A stretch of DNA of 20,000 nucleotides from Candidatus Eiseniibacteriota bacterium (GCA_043809585.1 JBDROZ010000026.1:45429-65428); one strand, 5' to 3'; positions 1 to 9,512 are shown, counted from the first letter of the stretch. Numbers and translations: made by a program. The notes: generated by a model not told the origin, from the letters alone.

Positions 1-2
1 AG

Positions 3-890
3 ATCGGGAACGAAGGGGGGACGAACGTCACGGTGGAGTCGATGGAGATCGAATGGGGCGGCGGCACGGGGCTCCGGGAGATCGTCTACGACGGCGTGAC
101 GGTCTGGGATTACACCGGCGCCCACGGAGAGGACCCGACCGGGGTCCAGTACTCGCCCGTGGTGATCGACGTGGACGACTTCGGAGTGGGGTCGGACGAG
201 GACTTCGGCGATCCGCGGGAGATGGAGCTCGTCTTCGACGGCACCGCCACGGGAGACATGGTGGACGTCTCCTTCGACACCAACGAAGGGCTTTGCACCA
301 TCACCCTGTCCCCCTGCGGCGTTCTCTTCGAAGAGGACTTCACGCAGTCGAACGGCGCCCCCCAGGGTTGGACCCCGAGGACCGGGTCCAACTGGAGAGT
401 GGTGGGCAACACCCTCCGAACCACATCGGACGGCCGGATCACGCCGGACGCGTTCGGATTCTCCCACGGCGACTACACGGCGAGTGTCCGCACGAAGGCG
501 GGCGGGTCGAGCGCGTACCGGCGGGGGGGGATCTACGTCCGCTACAACGACACCGGCAACTACTACCTGCTCCGGTACTATCCCTATTTTGACCGGCTCG
601 AACTGCTGAGAAAGGTGAACAACGGGGCGCTCGTTACGCTGGCGTCCACCTCCCAGTTCAATATCTCCGACGACACCTGGTACGACCTCCAAATCGCCGC
701 CTACCTCAACACCTTCCGGGTCTGGTTCGACGGCCAGCTCGTCGACTGGGACGGATCGACCGGGACGGTGGTGACCGACAACGCCATCTCCACCGGGAAT
801 ATCGCCATGTACGGCTGGTCCATGGGAAACGCCTACTTCGACGACGTCCGGGTGGAGCCGACCTGCGGCTGCGGCGGATCGATCCCCTAA
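3..890 (+). CDS. 3' part of a large, probably secreted protein ending in a concanavalin A/LamG-like (DUF1080-like) beta-sandwich domain; 5'-truncated by the window edge
   Basis: Frame is open from the window start (ATC GGG AAC... to the GTG at 33). Beta-rich, G/T/D/N/aromatic-rich sequence. The C-terminal ~190 aa have the typical pattern LFEEDF...W...GNYYLLR...WYDLQI...FRVWFDGQLV...GNIAMYGW...AYFDDVRV. Confidence 0.7.
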   Translation: MGNEGGTNVTVESMEIEWGGGTGLREIVYDGVTVWDYTGAHGEDPTGVQYSPVVIDVDDFGVGSDEDFGDPREMELVFDGTATGDMVDVSFDTNEGLCTITLSPCGVLFEEDFTQSNGAPQGWTPRTGSNWRVVGNTLRTTSDGRITPDAFGFSHGDYTASVRTKAGGSSAYRRGGIYVRYNDTGNYYLLRYYPYFDRLELLRKVNNGALVTLASTSQFNISDDTWYDLQIAAYLNTFRVWFDGQLVDWDGSTGTVVTDNAISTGNIAMYGWSMGNAYFDDVRVEPTCGCGGSIP

Positions 891-909
891 GCTGTTGAAA
901 AAGAATACA

Positions 910-942
910 TACACGCGCCCCCCCGGGGGGCGCTTTTGTGTA
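910..942 (+). terminator. Intrinsic terminator-like hairpin after the lectin-domain gene
   Basis: GCGCCCCC (from 915) pairs with GGGGGCGC (to 933), followed by TTTTGT. Flanking TACAC/GTGTA are also complementary. Confidence 0.6.
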
Positions 943-952
943 GGGGGACCGG

Positions 953-978
953 TCAAGTTCCCCGGCCGCCGGCCGATC
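953..978 (+). promoter_or_regulatory. Putative sigma28 (FliA/WhiG-type) promoter upstream of pilM
   Basis: TCAAG (953-957)-N14-GCCGAT (972-977), matching the TCAAG-N14-GCCGATA type of sigma28 consensus, ~45 nt before the pilM ATG. Confidence 0.45.
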
Positions 979-1023
979 CTCAGTATGAATTGGCGTCCTC
1001 TGCCCAAAGGGAGACCAACGGCC

Positions 1024-2070
1024 ATGCGATTCTTGAACGCGTTCATGAAGGCCGATACGGGAATGCTCGGCCTCGATATCGGCAGCCGCTCGATCAAGGC
1101 GGTGGAAGTCTCCCGCAGGGGGGGCAAGGTCGGAGTCGCCCGCTTCGGCGTCGCGCCCCTTCCGGCGGACGCCATCGTGGACGACGAAGTGATGGACCGG
1201 GAGGTGGTGGTGGAGTGCATCCAGGACCTCCTTCGGGCAAAGGGGATCCGTTCCCGCCACGTCGCCTCGGCCATCTCGGGACGATCGGTCATCGTGAAGA
1301 GGATCACCCTCGACTCGATGACCACCGAGGAAGCCGAAGAGGTGATCTACTGGGAGGCGGAACAGCACGTTCCCTACGGAATCGACGAAGTCTCCCTCGA
1401 CTTTCAGATCCTCGGGGAGAACGGAAACGGAAAGATGGACGTCCTCCTGGTCGCCGCCAAGCGGGACACGGTGGACATACACACTTCCCTGCTCCGGGAC
1501 GCCGGTCTCATTCCCACCGTGGTGGACGTCGATTCCCTGGCGGTCCAGAACTCGTACGAAGCGAACTACGAATGGGACGCCGAGGAAAAGGTCCTCCTCA
1601 TGAACGTGGGCGCGTCGGTGACCAACGTCAGCCTCGTCACCGGGGGGGCGCCCCTCTTCACGCGCGATCTCTCGGTGGCGAGCAACGCCTTCGTCGACGA
1701 GATCCAGCGGGTGCTTTCGGTGGACCTGGAGGAGGCGGAGGCGATCGCCCGGGGGTCGGAAGAGGACTACAAGGAGAAGCTCCGGCCGATCCTGGACACG
1801 GTCGGCCAGGACCTGCTCCTCGGCGTCGAGCGATCCCTCTCCTATCTGAAAGGCTACACGGGGTCGGCGGACATCTCCCGGGTACTGATCTCGGGAGGGG
1901 GGGCGCTCATCCCCGGCCTTCACGAATACGTCTCCGGTCATCTCGGCGTTCCGGTCGAAGTGGCGAATCCGTTCCGAGTCGTCGAAGTGGATCCGGCCAT
2001 CGCCATGGAGCACAACCTCGAATTGGTCGGCCCCTCGCTCATGGTGGCGGTCGGCCTGGCGATGCGGTGA
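1024..2070 (+). CDS. pilM: Type IV pilus assembly protein PilM (actin-like fold)
   Basis: GLDIGSRSIKAVE N-terminal motif, EAEQHVPY...LDFQIL, VLLVAAK, NVGASVTN, ISGGGALIPGL, VEVANPF, VAVGLAMR. Start reassigned to ATG 1024 (GGGAG upstream) rather than the track's TTG 895. Confidence 0.95.
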   Translation: MRFLNAFMKADTGMLGLDIGSRSIKAVEVSRRGGKVGVARFGVAPLPADAIVDDEVMDREVVVECIQDLLRAKGIRSRHVASAISGRSVIVKRITLDSMTTEEAEEVIYWEAEQHVPYGIDEVSLDFQILGENGNGKMDVLLVAAKRDTVDIHTSLLRDAGLIPTVVDVDSLAVQNSYEANYEWDAEEKVLLMNVGASVTNVSLVTGGAPLFTRDLSVASNAFVDEIQRVLSVDLEEAEAIARGSEEDYKEKLRPILDTVGQDLLLGVERSLSYLKGYTGSADISRVLISGGGALIPGLHEYVSGHLGVPVEVANPFRVVEVDPAIAMEHNLELVGPSLMVAVGLAMR

Positions 2071-2082
2071 GGGGGTGACGGG

Positions 2083-2697
2083 ATGATTCGAATCAATCTG
2101 ATTCCCCGCGACGAGCGGGTGACCACGAAGACGGCCGGTCCGAACTGGATTCTCGTCTCCGGGGTGACGGCCCCCCTGGTGTACGCGCTCATCTTGGGGG
2201 CCCTCGTGACCTGGCAGAATCACCGCTCCGTGGTTCTCGACGAGATGATCCATCAGGAGGAGCAGGCCATGGAGCACTACGGGCCGGCCCTCGCCAAGAT
2301 CGACCAGTTGACCAAGGAGAGAAAAGAGGTCCGGAGCCGCCTGGACGCGATGGACGGGCTCGACCGCTCGCGGCGCCTGGCCGTGGCCCTCATGGAAACG
2401 CTGAACCGGAGCGTGCCCCGGTTCCTCTGGGTCGACACGGTCGAGGAGGTCGACGAAGGGGGCCTCGCGCTCGAGATCAAGGGGAACACGTTCTCGAACC
2501 TGATCGTTTCCGATTTCATCGAACGCCTCGAGGAGACCGAACTCTTCGAGATCGTGGAGCTCAGCATCGCCAAGGAGGCGCGCATCGGGAAGACCAGAGT
2601 CGTCGAGTTCCGCCTCGTCGTTCGAGGGACCGGGCTGCTCCCCGAAGAGTACGGGAGAGATCTCGCCGGCGTCCCCTCGATGGTGAAGGGAGGATAG
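2083..2697 (+). CDS. pilN: Type IV pilus assembly protein PilN
   Basis: N-terminal IRINLIP (the INLLP PilM-binding motif), a TM helix, a coiled coil and a ferredoxin-like domain (VPRFLWV...IKGNT). Directly follows pilM. Confidence 0.92.
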   Translation: MIRINLIPRDERVTTKTAGPNWILVSGVTAPLVYALILGALVTWQNHRSVVLDEMIHQEEQAMEHYGPALAKIDQLTKERKEVRSRLDAMDGLDRSRRLAVALMETLNRSVPRFLWVDTVEEVDEGGLALEIKGNTFSNLIVSDFIERLEETELFEIVELSIAKEARIGKTRVVEFRLVVRGTGLLPEEYGRDLAGVPSMVKGG

Positions 2698-2700
2698 CCC

Positions 2701-3378
2701 GTGGCCGTGAACGTGGACATTCGCGACCCCCGGGTTCAGAAGATCGCCTTCGCGGCGATCCTTTTCCTGGGACTCAACTATCTCTTCTTCTTCACCGACT
2801 ACGCCTCCTGGTTCTACACGCCGAAGAACGCCCTTCTCGAGGAGAAACGTGCGAAATACGAGCGTCTCGCCGTGCGGGTGGAGGAAGCGAAGCGGGCATC
2901 GGCGAACCTGCCGAAGCTGGAAGCGGAGCTCGAAGAACTCCACGCCCGATGGGAAGTCGCCATGAGCCACCTTCCGGAGAAGAAGGAGATCGCCTCTCTG
3001 CTTCGCCGGGTCACGCTGGCCGGGGAGCGGTCCGGAGTCCGGTTCCTTCTCTTCGAGCCGGCCGAGGTCTACGGACACGGTGTCTACGACGAGCACCCGG
3101 TCAACGTGAAGGTGGAAGGGGGCTATCACGGCATCGGCGAGTTCTTCGGGAGGCTCATGAACCTGGAGCGCCTCGTTCAGGTTTCCCAAATCCGGATGAA
3201 GGCGCACCGGACCGAAGAGGAAACGCAGACGGTCCGCGGCGAGATGTTGATTTCCGCGTACACCATTCCGCAGCAGGGGATCGAGACGGCATCCGGCCCT
3301 TCGATCCCCGCGGAGAGGGCTGGCAGCGACAATGGACATTCGAAGCTACCTGACGAAGACGATTCGAACGAGGAGTAG
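2701..3378 (+). CDS. pilO: Type IV pilus assembly protein PilO
   Basis: GTG start with GGAGG upstream. TM helix, coiled coil, LPEKKEIASLL, VEGGYHGIGEFF...LERLV motifs typical of PilO. Confidence 0.92.
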   Translation: MAVNVDIRDPRVQKIAFAAILFLGLNYLFFFTDYASWFYTPKNALLEEKRAKYERLAVRVEEAKRASANLPKLEAELEELHARWEVAMSHLPEKKEIASLLRRVTLAGERSGVRFLLFEPAEVYGHGVYDEHPVNVKVEGGYHGIGEFFGRLMNLERLVQVSQIRMKAHRTEEETQTVRGEMLISAYTIPQQGIETASGPSIPAERAGSDNGHSKLPDEDDSNEE

Positions 3379-4078
3379 GCGAACCCTGATCATCGCCGGC
3401 GCCGCCGTGGTGGTCGCGGGCGGTGTCCTCGTGCTGCGCGGTCCGGTTCTCGCCGGAGCGGCGGGGGGCGGTGCGCGCTGGGCCGTGAACAAGGTCGTCC
3501 ACGCCATGACGTGGCGGGAAGTCTCTCCCGGGGGCGAAGAGACGGCGCCGAACGCCACCGTGACCGGCCGGGTCCGGCTCGCTTCCGGTCCCCCGTTTCC
3601 CATGGAGGTCCCCGGGGACGGGAACCCGGCCGACCGGCTCCCCCTTCCGGAGGGGGAGGAAGAGGGAGGTCCGTCTCCCAAGACCGATCCCGTTCTCGAA
3701 ATTCCGGCGCCCGACCTGGTGACACCCCTCGAGGAAGAACGGAAAGACACCCGGGAGGAGCTCCCCCCGTACCGCAGTTTCGGTCTCCGGGACCCGATGC
3801 TGCCCCTCGTGACCGCCTACGGGGACGACGACGGGGACGGCCGGTTCAGCGTGCATATCCTGACCCTCGTGGGCATCGGCAAACAGAGCGGTGTCCGCGT
3901 GGCCCTCTGCGAAGACCCGAAACGCAAAAGCTATCTCTATCGGACCGGTGAGTGGACGGATGACGGTGGGCGGGTCGTGGAGATCACCGAGGACGCGATT
4001 ACCTTCGCCCATGTGCGGTACGGGGAGACGAACCGTTTCACCCTCCGCCTCGAGGCGCGAGAGGAGGAGCAACAATGA
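3332..4078 (+). CDS. pilP: PilP-like protein (TM-anchored, Pro/Glu-rich linker, C-terminal PilP/GspC-HR beta domain)
   Basis: Lies between pilO and pilQ. RDPMLPL followed by LTLVGI...ALCEDP...YLYRTGE...GRVVEITEDAITF resembles the PilP beta domain. Start is uncertain (47-nt overlap with pilO). Confidence 0.7.
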   Translation: MDIRSYLTKTIRTRSRRTLIIAGAAVVVAGGVLVLRGPVLAGAAGGGARWAVNKVVHAMTWREVSPGGEETAPNATVTGRVRLASGPPFPMEVPGDGNPADRLPLPEGEEEGGPSPKTDPVLEIPAPDLVTPLEEERKDTREELPPYRSFGLRDPMLPLVTAYGDDDGDGRFSVHILTLVGIGKQSGVRVALCEDPKRKSYLYRTGEWTDDGGRVVEITEDAITFAHVRYGETNRFTLRLEAREEEQQ

Positions 4079-5421
4079 GCTTGGATGCGGGCTGCGCGCG
4101 TAGACGGAGCGCGTCGTCCGGGGACAAGCGTTCCCGGGCGGGTATCGGCATCGTGGGCATTCTGCTGCTCCTCCCGCCGATTCTCGCCGCAGGGGCGTTC
4201 GCGAACCCGGGCGACCTGATCTCGATCGACGTGCAGAAGGCCGAAATCGGGACCGTACTCCGGACAATCTCCGATTTCAGCGGCAAGAACATCGTCGCCG
4301 GGCCGGAGGTGAACGGCGAGGTCTCGGTCAGGCTCGCGGACGTCCCCTGGCAGAGCGCCCTCGACGTCGTCCTCCGGGCGAATGGTTACGGGTGGAAGGA
4401 GGAGTCGGAGGGGATCATCCGGGTCTCGACCATCAAGAGCCTCCAGAACGAAGACGTGGAGAAAGAGGCCGCCGAGCGGAAGCGGGAAGAGCTCCTCCCT
4501 CTCGTCACCAAGATCTATCCGGTCAACTTCGCGAAAGCGGACGAGCTGAAGGAGGCGGTGGAGACGATCCTCTCCAAGCGGGGAGAGGTCCACGTCGATG
4601 CCCGGACCAATTCGGTGCTCATCAAGGATATCCCCCAGCTCGTCGAAATCGCGTCGAAGCTGATCGTCGAGCTCGACCAGGAGACGAGGCAGGTCGAGAT
4701 CGTGGCCAAGCTCGTCGACATGGACGCGAAGGTCTCCCGGGAGCTCGGCATCGAGTGGCTGGCTTCGGGCCTGAACAACCCGGGCGTGGACGCGACGGCG
4801 GAGGCCGGCGTGATTGCTCCCCTCGCGACGCCGATCGGCCAATTCAGCGTCGGCACGGTCGGCCCGGGCGGCGCCCTCGACGCCACCCTTTCGGCCCTCG
4901 CGACGGAGAACAAGGCGAAGATCATCTCGAACCCGCGGATCACGACGCTGGACAATCAGGAGGCGTGGATCCTGGTCGGAAAGAAGATCCCCTTGATCGT
5001 CTCCGACCCATCGGGCAACCCGATCACGGAATTGACCACCATCGGCATCCAGATGACGGTGACCCCCCACGTTCACAAGAACGGGAACGTGACCCTCGAC
5101 CTCCATCCGGAGGTGAGCGATCTCTCGTCCCAGGCGACCGTGCAGGGCGGGATCATCATCGTCACGAGCGAGGCGTCGACGCGGGTCATGGTCGAGAACG
5201 GGAGCACCGCCGTGATCGGCGGGCTCATCCGCTCGAACAAGTCCCAGGCGGGGCTCGGCGTCCCGTTCCTCCGGGATATCCCGCTTCTCGGGCGCTTCTT
5301 CAGTTCCAGCTCCGACGTCGACGAGCAGCGGGAATTGCTCATCTTCGTGACGCCCACGATCGTCCAGCCCGAGGATCTGGCTCGGGCCGCCCGGACGCTC
5401 TCGGAGGAGGGAGTGCGATGA
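4075..5421 (+). CDS. pilQ: Type IV pilus secretin PilQ (short form)
   Basis: N0 domain (ISIDVQKAEIGTVLRTISDFSGKNIV...VPWQSALDVVL), N3 domain (DARTNSVLI), secretin core (NPRITTLDNQEAWI, VENGSTAVIGGL, GVPFLRDIPLLGRFF, RELLIFVTPTI). ATGA overlap with the pilP-like gene. Confidence 0.95.
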   Translation: MSLDAGCARRRSASSGDKRSRAGIGIVGILLLLPPILAAGAFANPGDLISIDVQKAEIGTVLRTISDFSGKNIVAGPEVNGEVSVRLADVPWQSALDVVLRANGYGWKEESEGIIRVSTIKSLQNEDVEKEAAERKREELLPLVTKIYPVNFAKADELKEAVETILSKRGEVHVDARTNSVLIKDIPQLVEIASKLIVELDQETRQVEIVAKLVDMDAKVSRELGIEWLASGLNNPGVDATAEAGVIAPLATPIGQFSVGTVGPGGALDATLSALATENKAKIISNPRITTLDNQEAWILVGKKIPLIVSDPSGNPITELTTIGIQMTVTPHVHKNGNVTLDLHPEVSDLSSQATVQGGIIIVTSEASTRVMVENGSTAVIGGLIRSNKSQAGLGVPFLRDIPLLGRFFSSSSDVDEQRELLIFVTPTIVQPEDLARAARTLSEEGVR

Positions 5422-8400
5422 GTACGATCGGAACCGGACGGCACCTCCTGCCCAAGATCTTGATCCTGTCCGGCCTGATCCTGCTCTGGATCGGTTGCCA
5501 GGACGAAGGCTCGATCGCGCCTTTCGAGCCTACGCCCCTGCCGGACGCGTTTCTGAACTCCCTCTCGGCGAACCCGAGCATGCTCGGTCTCGGGGGCCGG
5601 GAGGCGGAGCTCCGCGCCTTCGTCGTCGACACCGACGGGAACCCGGCGCCCGGTGTGGAGGTCAAGTTCAAAGCCGATATCGGAAACGTCGGAGCCACGG
5701 CGATCACCGACACGGCGGGCATCGCGACCGTCGTCTTCCAGAGCGGCAGCGAGAAAGGGACCGCCACGGTGGTCGCGTCGATCGGCTCCTTCGAGCTGAC
5801 CACGTCGATCCTGATCGGCGCCAACGAGCTGACCGTGAACAAGACGTCCGCCCTCGCCGACGGACGCTCGGAGATCGACGTCTCCGTGACCGTGTACAAG
5901 GTGGACGGCCACCCGGCCGCCCTCATTCCCATCACCTTCGCGGCCACGGTCGGGACGATCCCGGTGCAGGCCGTGACCGACTCCTCCGGATTCGTCCGTG
6001 TCCGGCTCACGGGACCCGCGAGCAAGACGGACATCCAGGCGGAAATCTCCGCCACCGTGGAGGGGGGAGACATCGGAATCACAGACGGGACGGGGGATCC
6101 GGATGCCGACCAGGTGGTCGGTGTCGCGCTCGTCACGTTCCGGGGGATCACGCTGGCCCTTACCTCCGACGACGCCGATCTCGTGGCGTCCGGGTTCGAC
6201 TCCACCGTCGTCCGCTGCCTCGTGGCCGAGACGGTGAGCCGGGTGCCGGTGCAAGGCCTGGAGGTCGCTTTCGGGACCGACCTCGGTTCGATCGAGTCGT
6301 CCGCCAGGACCGGGCAGAACGGGGTGGCCGAGGCGGCCCTGGTCAGCGGCATCTACGCCGGCACGGCCCATCTCGTGGCGTTCGTCGAAACCCTGAGCGA
6401 TTCGACGACCGTCGAGTTCACCCCGCTCAAACTGGAGCCGCTGAAGGCGACGCCCCGGTCGGTCCTGGTGGGGGGGAACCTCTCGACGATCTCGACGCGG
6501 ATCCTGAACCAGAGCAACAACCCGGTGAAGGGCCTCGAGGTCCGGTTCAAGACGGACAAGGGGGTGATCCCCGGTCAGGCGATCACCGACGCCATGGGAC
6601 AAGTGGCGGTGGCGCTGACCAGCGGCGACACGGCCGGCGTGGCGACGGTCCAGGCCTGGTTCGGTTCCCTCTCGGTTCACACGGACGTCGAGTTCCGGCA
6701 GGCCGTGGCCGAACCGATCCGCCTGACCGGGATCGTGATCACGCCGAGCCGGCTCGTGGCCGACGGCATCAGCCAGGCCACGGTGAGCACCCGCCTGCTG
6801 AACGAGTCGAACAACCCGGTGGTCGGGGGGATCGTGGAGTTCGCCACGGACCTCGGCGTGATCGCCGAGTGGGACTCGACGGACGAGCAGGGGGTGGCGG
6901 AGGTCTGGCTCACGAGCGTCTACTCGGAAGACACGGTGACCGCCCACGTGAGCGCCAGTCACGGGAGCCTCACCGTCGCCGACTCGATCCACTTCCTTCC
7001 CCCGGCGACCAAGGTCCCGAACTCGCTCATCCTCTCGCCCGACACGACATCGATCCAGGTGGCGGGCCTCGGCGGCATGGAGGGCATCGTTCTGACGGCG
7101 ATCGCATTCGACGCCGCGGGCGACACGGTGATGGGGAACTGGGACGTAACGTACCGGATCCTCTCCGGCCCGGGAGGGGGCGAATACCTGACCTGGCCCG
7201 ACTCGGGCGCGGGCGACGAAGTGACGGTGCCGATCACGAACGGCCGCTCCCGGATCACCCTGACCGCGGGGGTCATCAACGGTATCGTGAACGTGCAGGC
7301 CTCGATCGGCACGATCAAGGCGACCGGCCAGGTCACCATCGACGGCGGGCCGCCCGCCTCGGCGGTGATCGGCATCGACTCGGTGGACAACATCCGCTTC
7401 GGCGGCGGCGTCTGGCTCTGGACCGTGAACGTCATCGTCCGGGACGCCTACGGCAATCCGGTGCGGGCGAACACGCCGGTCTACATGTCCCTCCACGCCG
7501 ACTCGTGCGGGTCCGGAATCCCTCCGGAGGACCTCCAGATCTACGGCGGCGTCTTCACCGAGAACATCACGAACTGCAGCCCTGGTCTGCCGGAGCCGGG
7601 ACTGGCCTACGCCTGTCTCGCGGCGCCTCACGACCAGTGGGAGTATTTCCCGAGCTTCGCCATCGAAGTTCGGTCCGGCACGAACCAGCTTCTCAACTGC
7701 CTTTTCATCGATCGGGGCGGCTCGGGCGACGACCCTGCGAACGTGGTCCTCGTCGACGTGGAGAGGACGAACCTCTCCGTCGCCGGCGTGGGAGGCGAGG
7801 AGACGTCCCAGCTCACCTTCGAGGTGCGGGACGATCAGGGCCGGCCGCTCCGGGGGGGGAACCACCGGACCGTGACCTTCCAGCTCGTCTCGGCGCCCGC
7901 GGGGGCGACCCTCTCGGTGGCGTCGGACGTGACCGACGACTTCGGACGGGTGTCGACCTCGGTGGCCTCCGGCACGGCGAGCGGCGTCGTGAAGGTGCGG
8001 GCGACGTGCGAGGGGGCGTCCTCGAATGTCGTGAACCTCGTGGTCAGCGGCGGTCCGCCGGACGGGCCCACTTCAGCTTGGCCGCGTCGAAGGTCAACAT
8101 CGCGGGCCGGCTCCTCTTCGGGATCGCCGATCCGATCACGGCCTTCCTCTACGACCAGTACGGCAATCCGGTGCCGAAGGGGACGGCGGTCTACTTCTCG
8201 TCGAACTTCGCCGGCATCCAGGGGTCCGCGGTGACCGACTCGGTCGGCCGGGCCTCGGTGACCCTCTACTCGGCGGCGCCGATTCCCGGTTGCGGGGAGG
8301 GCGGGCTCGTGGAGATCACGGCGAGCACCGTGGACGGTTCGAACGAAGTGATCACGGCGACCACGACGGTCCTCTTCTCCGGACCGACGGCGATTTCCTC

Positions 8401-8707
8401 TCTGCCGAACACCTTCGCCGTGCCGAACGGCGGCTATCAGGACTTCGTGGTCCAGGTCGGCGACGATTGCGGAAACCCGCTCGTCGCGACATCCATGATT
8501 CAAATCACGTCGAGCGGCGGAACCTTGGTCGGAAGCACCCTGGTGATGATGCCCGACACGAGGTCCACGGGCGCGACCCAGGTCTGGGTGCGTCTGTTGG
8601 ACGCCAACTCGATCGAAGACGAAGGCCCCGAGGGCGCGACCATTACCGTTCAGGTGACGAGCCCGAACGGCGACGCGAGCCTCGTGATCTTCGGAACCAT
8701 CGATTAG
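5418..8707 (+). CDS. Large lipoprotein with ~10 invasin/intimin-type Ig-like (Big-1) domains; interrupted by a one-base frameshift at ~8064-8069 (~1,096 aa if repaired)
   Basis: ATG 5418 overlaps the pilQ stop (ATGA) and has GGAGG upstream. Lipoprotein signal (…ILILSGLILLWIG-C). Repeats of the type ADG..S...V.D..GNPV.G..V.F.TD.G......TD..G.A. The protein-like frame switches from the 4392..8234 ORF (…VSGGPPDG) to the 5495..8707 ORF (AHFSLAASKVNIAG…VIFGTID*). Confidence 0.85.
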
Positions 8708-8724
8708 AGGAGGGGGGTGACACG

Positions 8725-9477
8725 ATGAAGTACCGGGTGCTTGCTTCGCTTTCCGCGATTCTCCTCCTCGTCCCGGCGACGGCCCTCGGGACGTCGATCG
8801 GGGCCCCGATCACCTGGAAGGGCGGGCCTTACCTGGTCGGGTTCGAGGTGGAGACCATGCGGGACGAGGTGGACGGGGAGCTTCTCTCCTCGAACCGCTA
8901 CCTCGGCCGCCTCTCTTACAAGCTCCGGGGCCCGTGGGTTCTCTCCCTTCGCGCCGGGGGCTCGGAGATCGAGGTGCAGTCGGAGATCCACGGCCTCCCT
9001 TCCACCTTCGACGGAAGGGCGAAGTTCTCCGGCGGGATCGGCATCGGAAGCCACGGGGACCTGCCCGCGCGGGACCTCCAGTGGTTCGGCGACCTCTCCG
9101 GCCTCTACACGTACTCCGGGGGGGGGACGAGTTTTTCCACTACCGTGCAATCGAGCGTCTTCCATGAGGAGTACGAAAACAGGTATCGTTGGGTGGAGTA
9201 TCAGGCGGCCGGAGGTGTGCGGTACGAACTCCCCTTCGGCTCCGCCTACGTGGGGCTCCTCGGGCGAACCGTGGACGGGACGATCTGGCGTGAGACCTAT
9301 CAGACGGGCGAGCTGGTCACGAAGAGCGAGGAGGGCTTCGGGAAGGGGCTGGACCTCTTCGGCCTCGCCGGGTTCCACATTCGCCTTCCGGGCAGGCTCC
9401 TGGTCACCGTGGGCGGCCACGCTTACGACGGCGACCACTACGCCTGGACGATCGGCATCGCCGAGTTCTCCCGCTAG
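8725..9477 (+). CDS. Predicted small outer-membrane beta-barrel protein (250 aa)
   Basis: ATG 8725 after GAGGAGG. Sec signal peptide MKYRVLASLSAILLLVPATALG. About 10 amphipathic strands with alternating hydrophobic/Gly residues (e.g. RYLGRLSYKL, FSGGIGIGSH, YQAAGGVRYEL, FGLAGFHIRL), ending in a beta-signal-like YAWTIGIAEF(SR). Confidence 0.72.
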   Translation: MKYRVLASLSAILLLVPATALGTSIGAPITWKGGPYLVGFEVETMRDEVDGELLSSNRYLGRLSYKLRGPWVLSLRAGGSEIEVQSEIHGLPSTFDGRAKFSGGIGIGSHGDLPARDLQWFGDLSGLYTYSGGGTSFSTTVQSSVFHEEYENRYRWVEYQAAGGVRYELPFGSAYVGLLGRTVDGTIWRETYQTGELVTKSEEGFGKGLDLFGLAGFHIRLPGRLLVTVGGHAYDGDHYAWTIGIAEFSR

Positions 9478-9512
9478 CCGGGCCTCGGCATCGGTCACGA
9501 CGAAAGGAACGG

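Noticed and set aside
990-1004. sigma54 promoter (TGGCGT...TGC) before pilM
   Set aside because: GG-to-GC spacing is 8 nt, not the required 10.
4392-5417. N-terminal 342 aa of the 1280-aa ORF as a real extension overlapping pilQ
   Set aside because: R/G/P/H-rich off-frame translation of pilQ; the real start is ATG 5418 with an SD and a lipoprotein signal.
706-7865. Long minus-strand ORFs (706..3339, 3155..4267, 3937..5106, 5073..7865) and similar shadow ORFs elsewhere (8704..10089, 11899..13134, 16363..18246)
   Set aside because: Antisense shadows of well-supported genes; stop codons are scarce in high-GC DNA and the translations show no family motifs.
5495-8065. N-terminal part of the 1070-aa ORF as a separate overlapping gene
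   Set aside because: Off-frame low-complexity translation; only the part after ~8066 is protein-like and it continues the lipoprotein.
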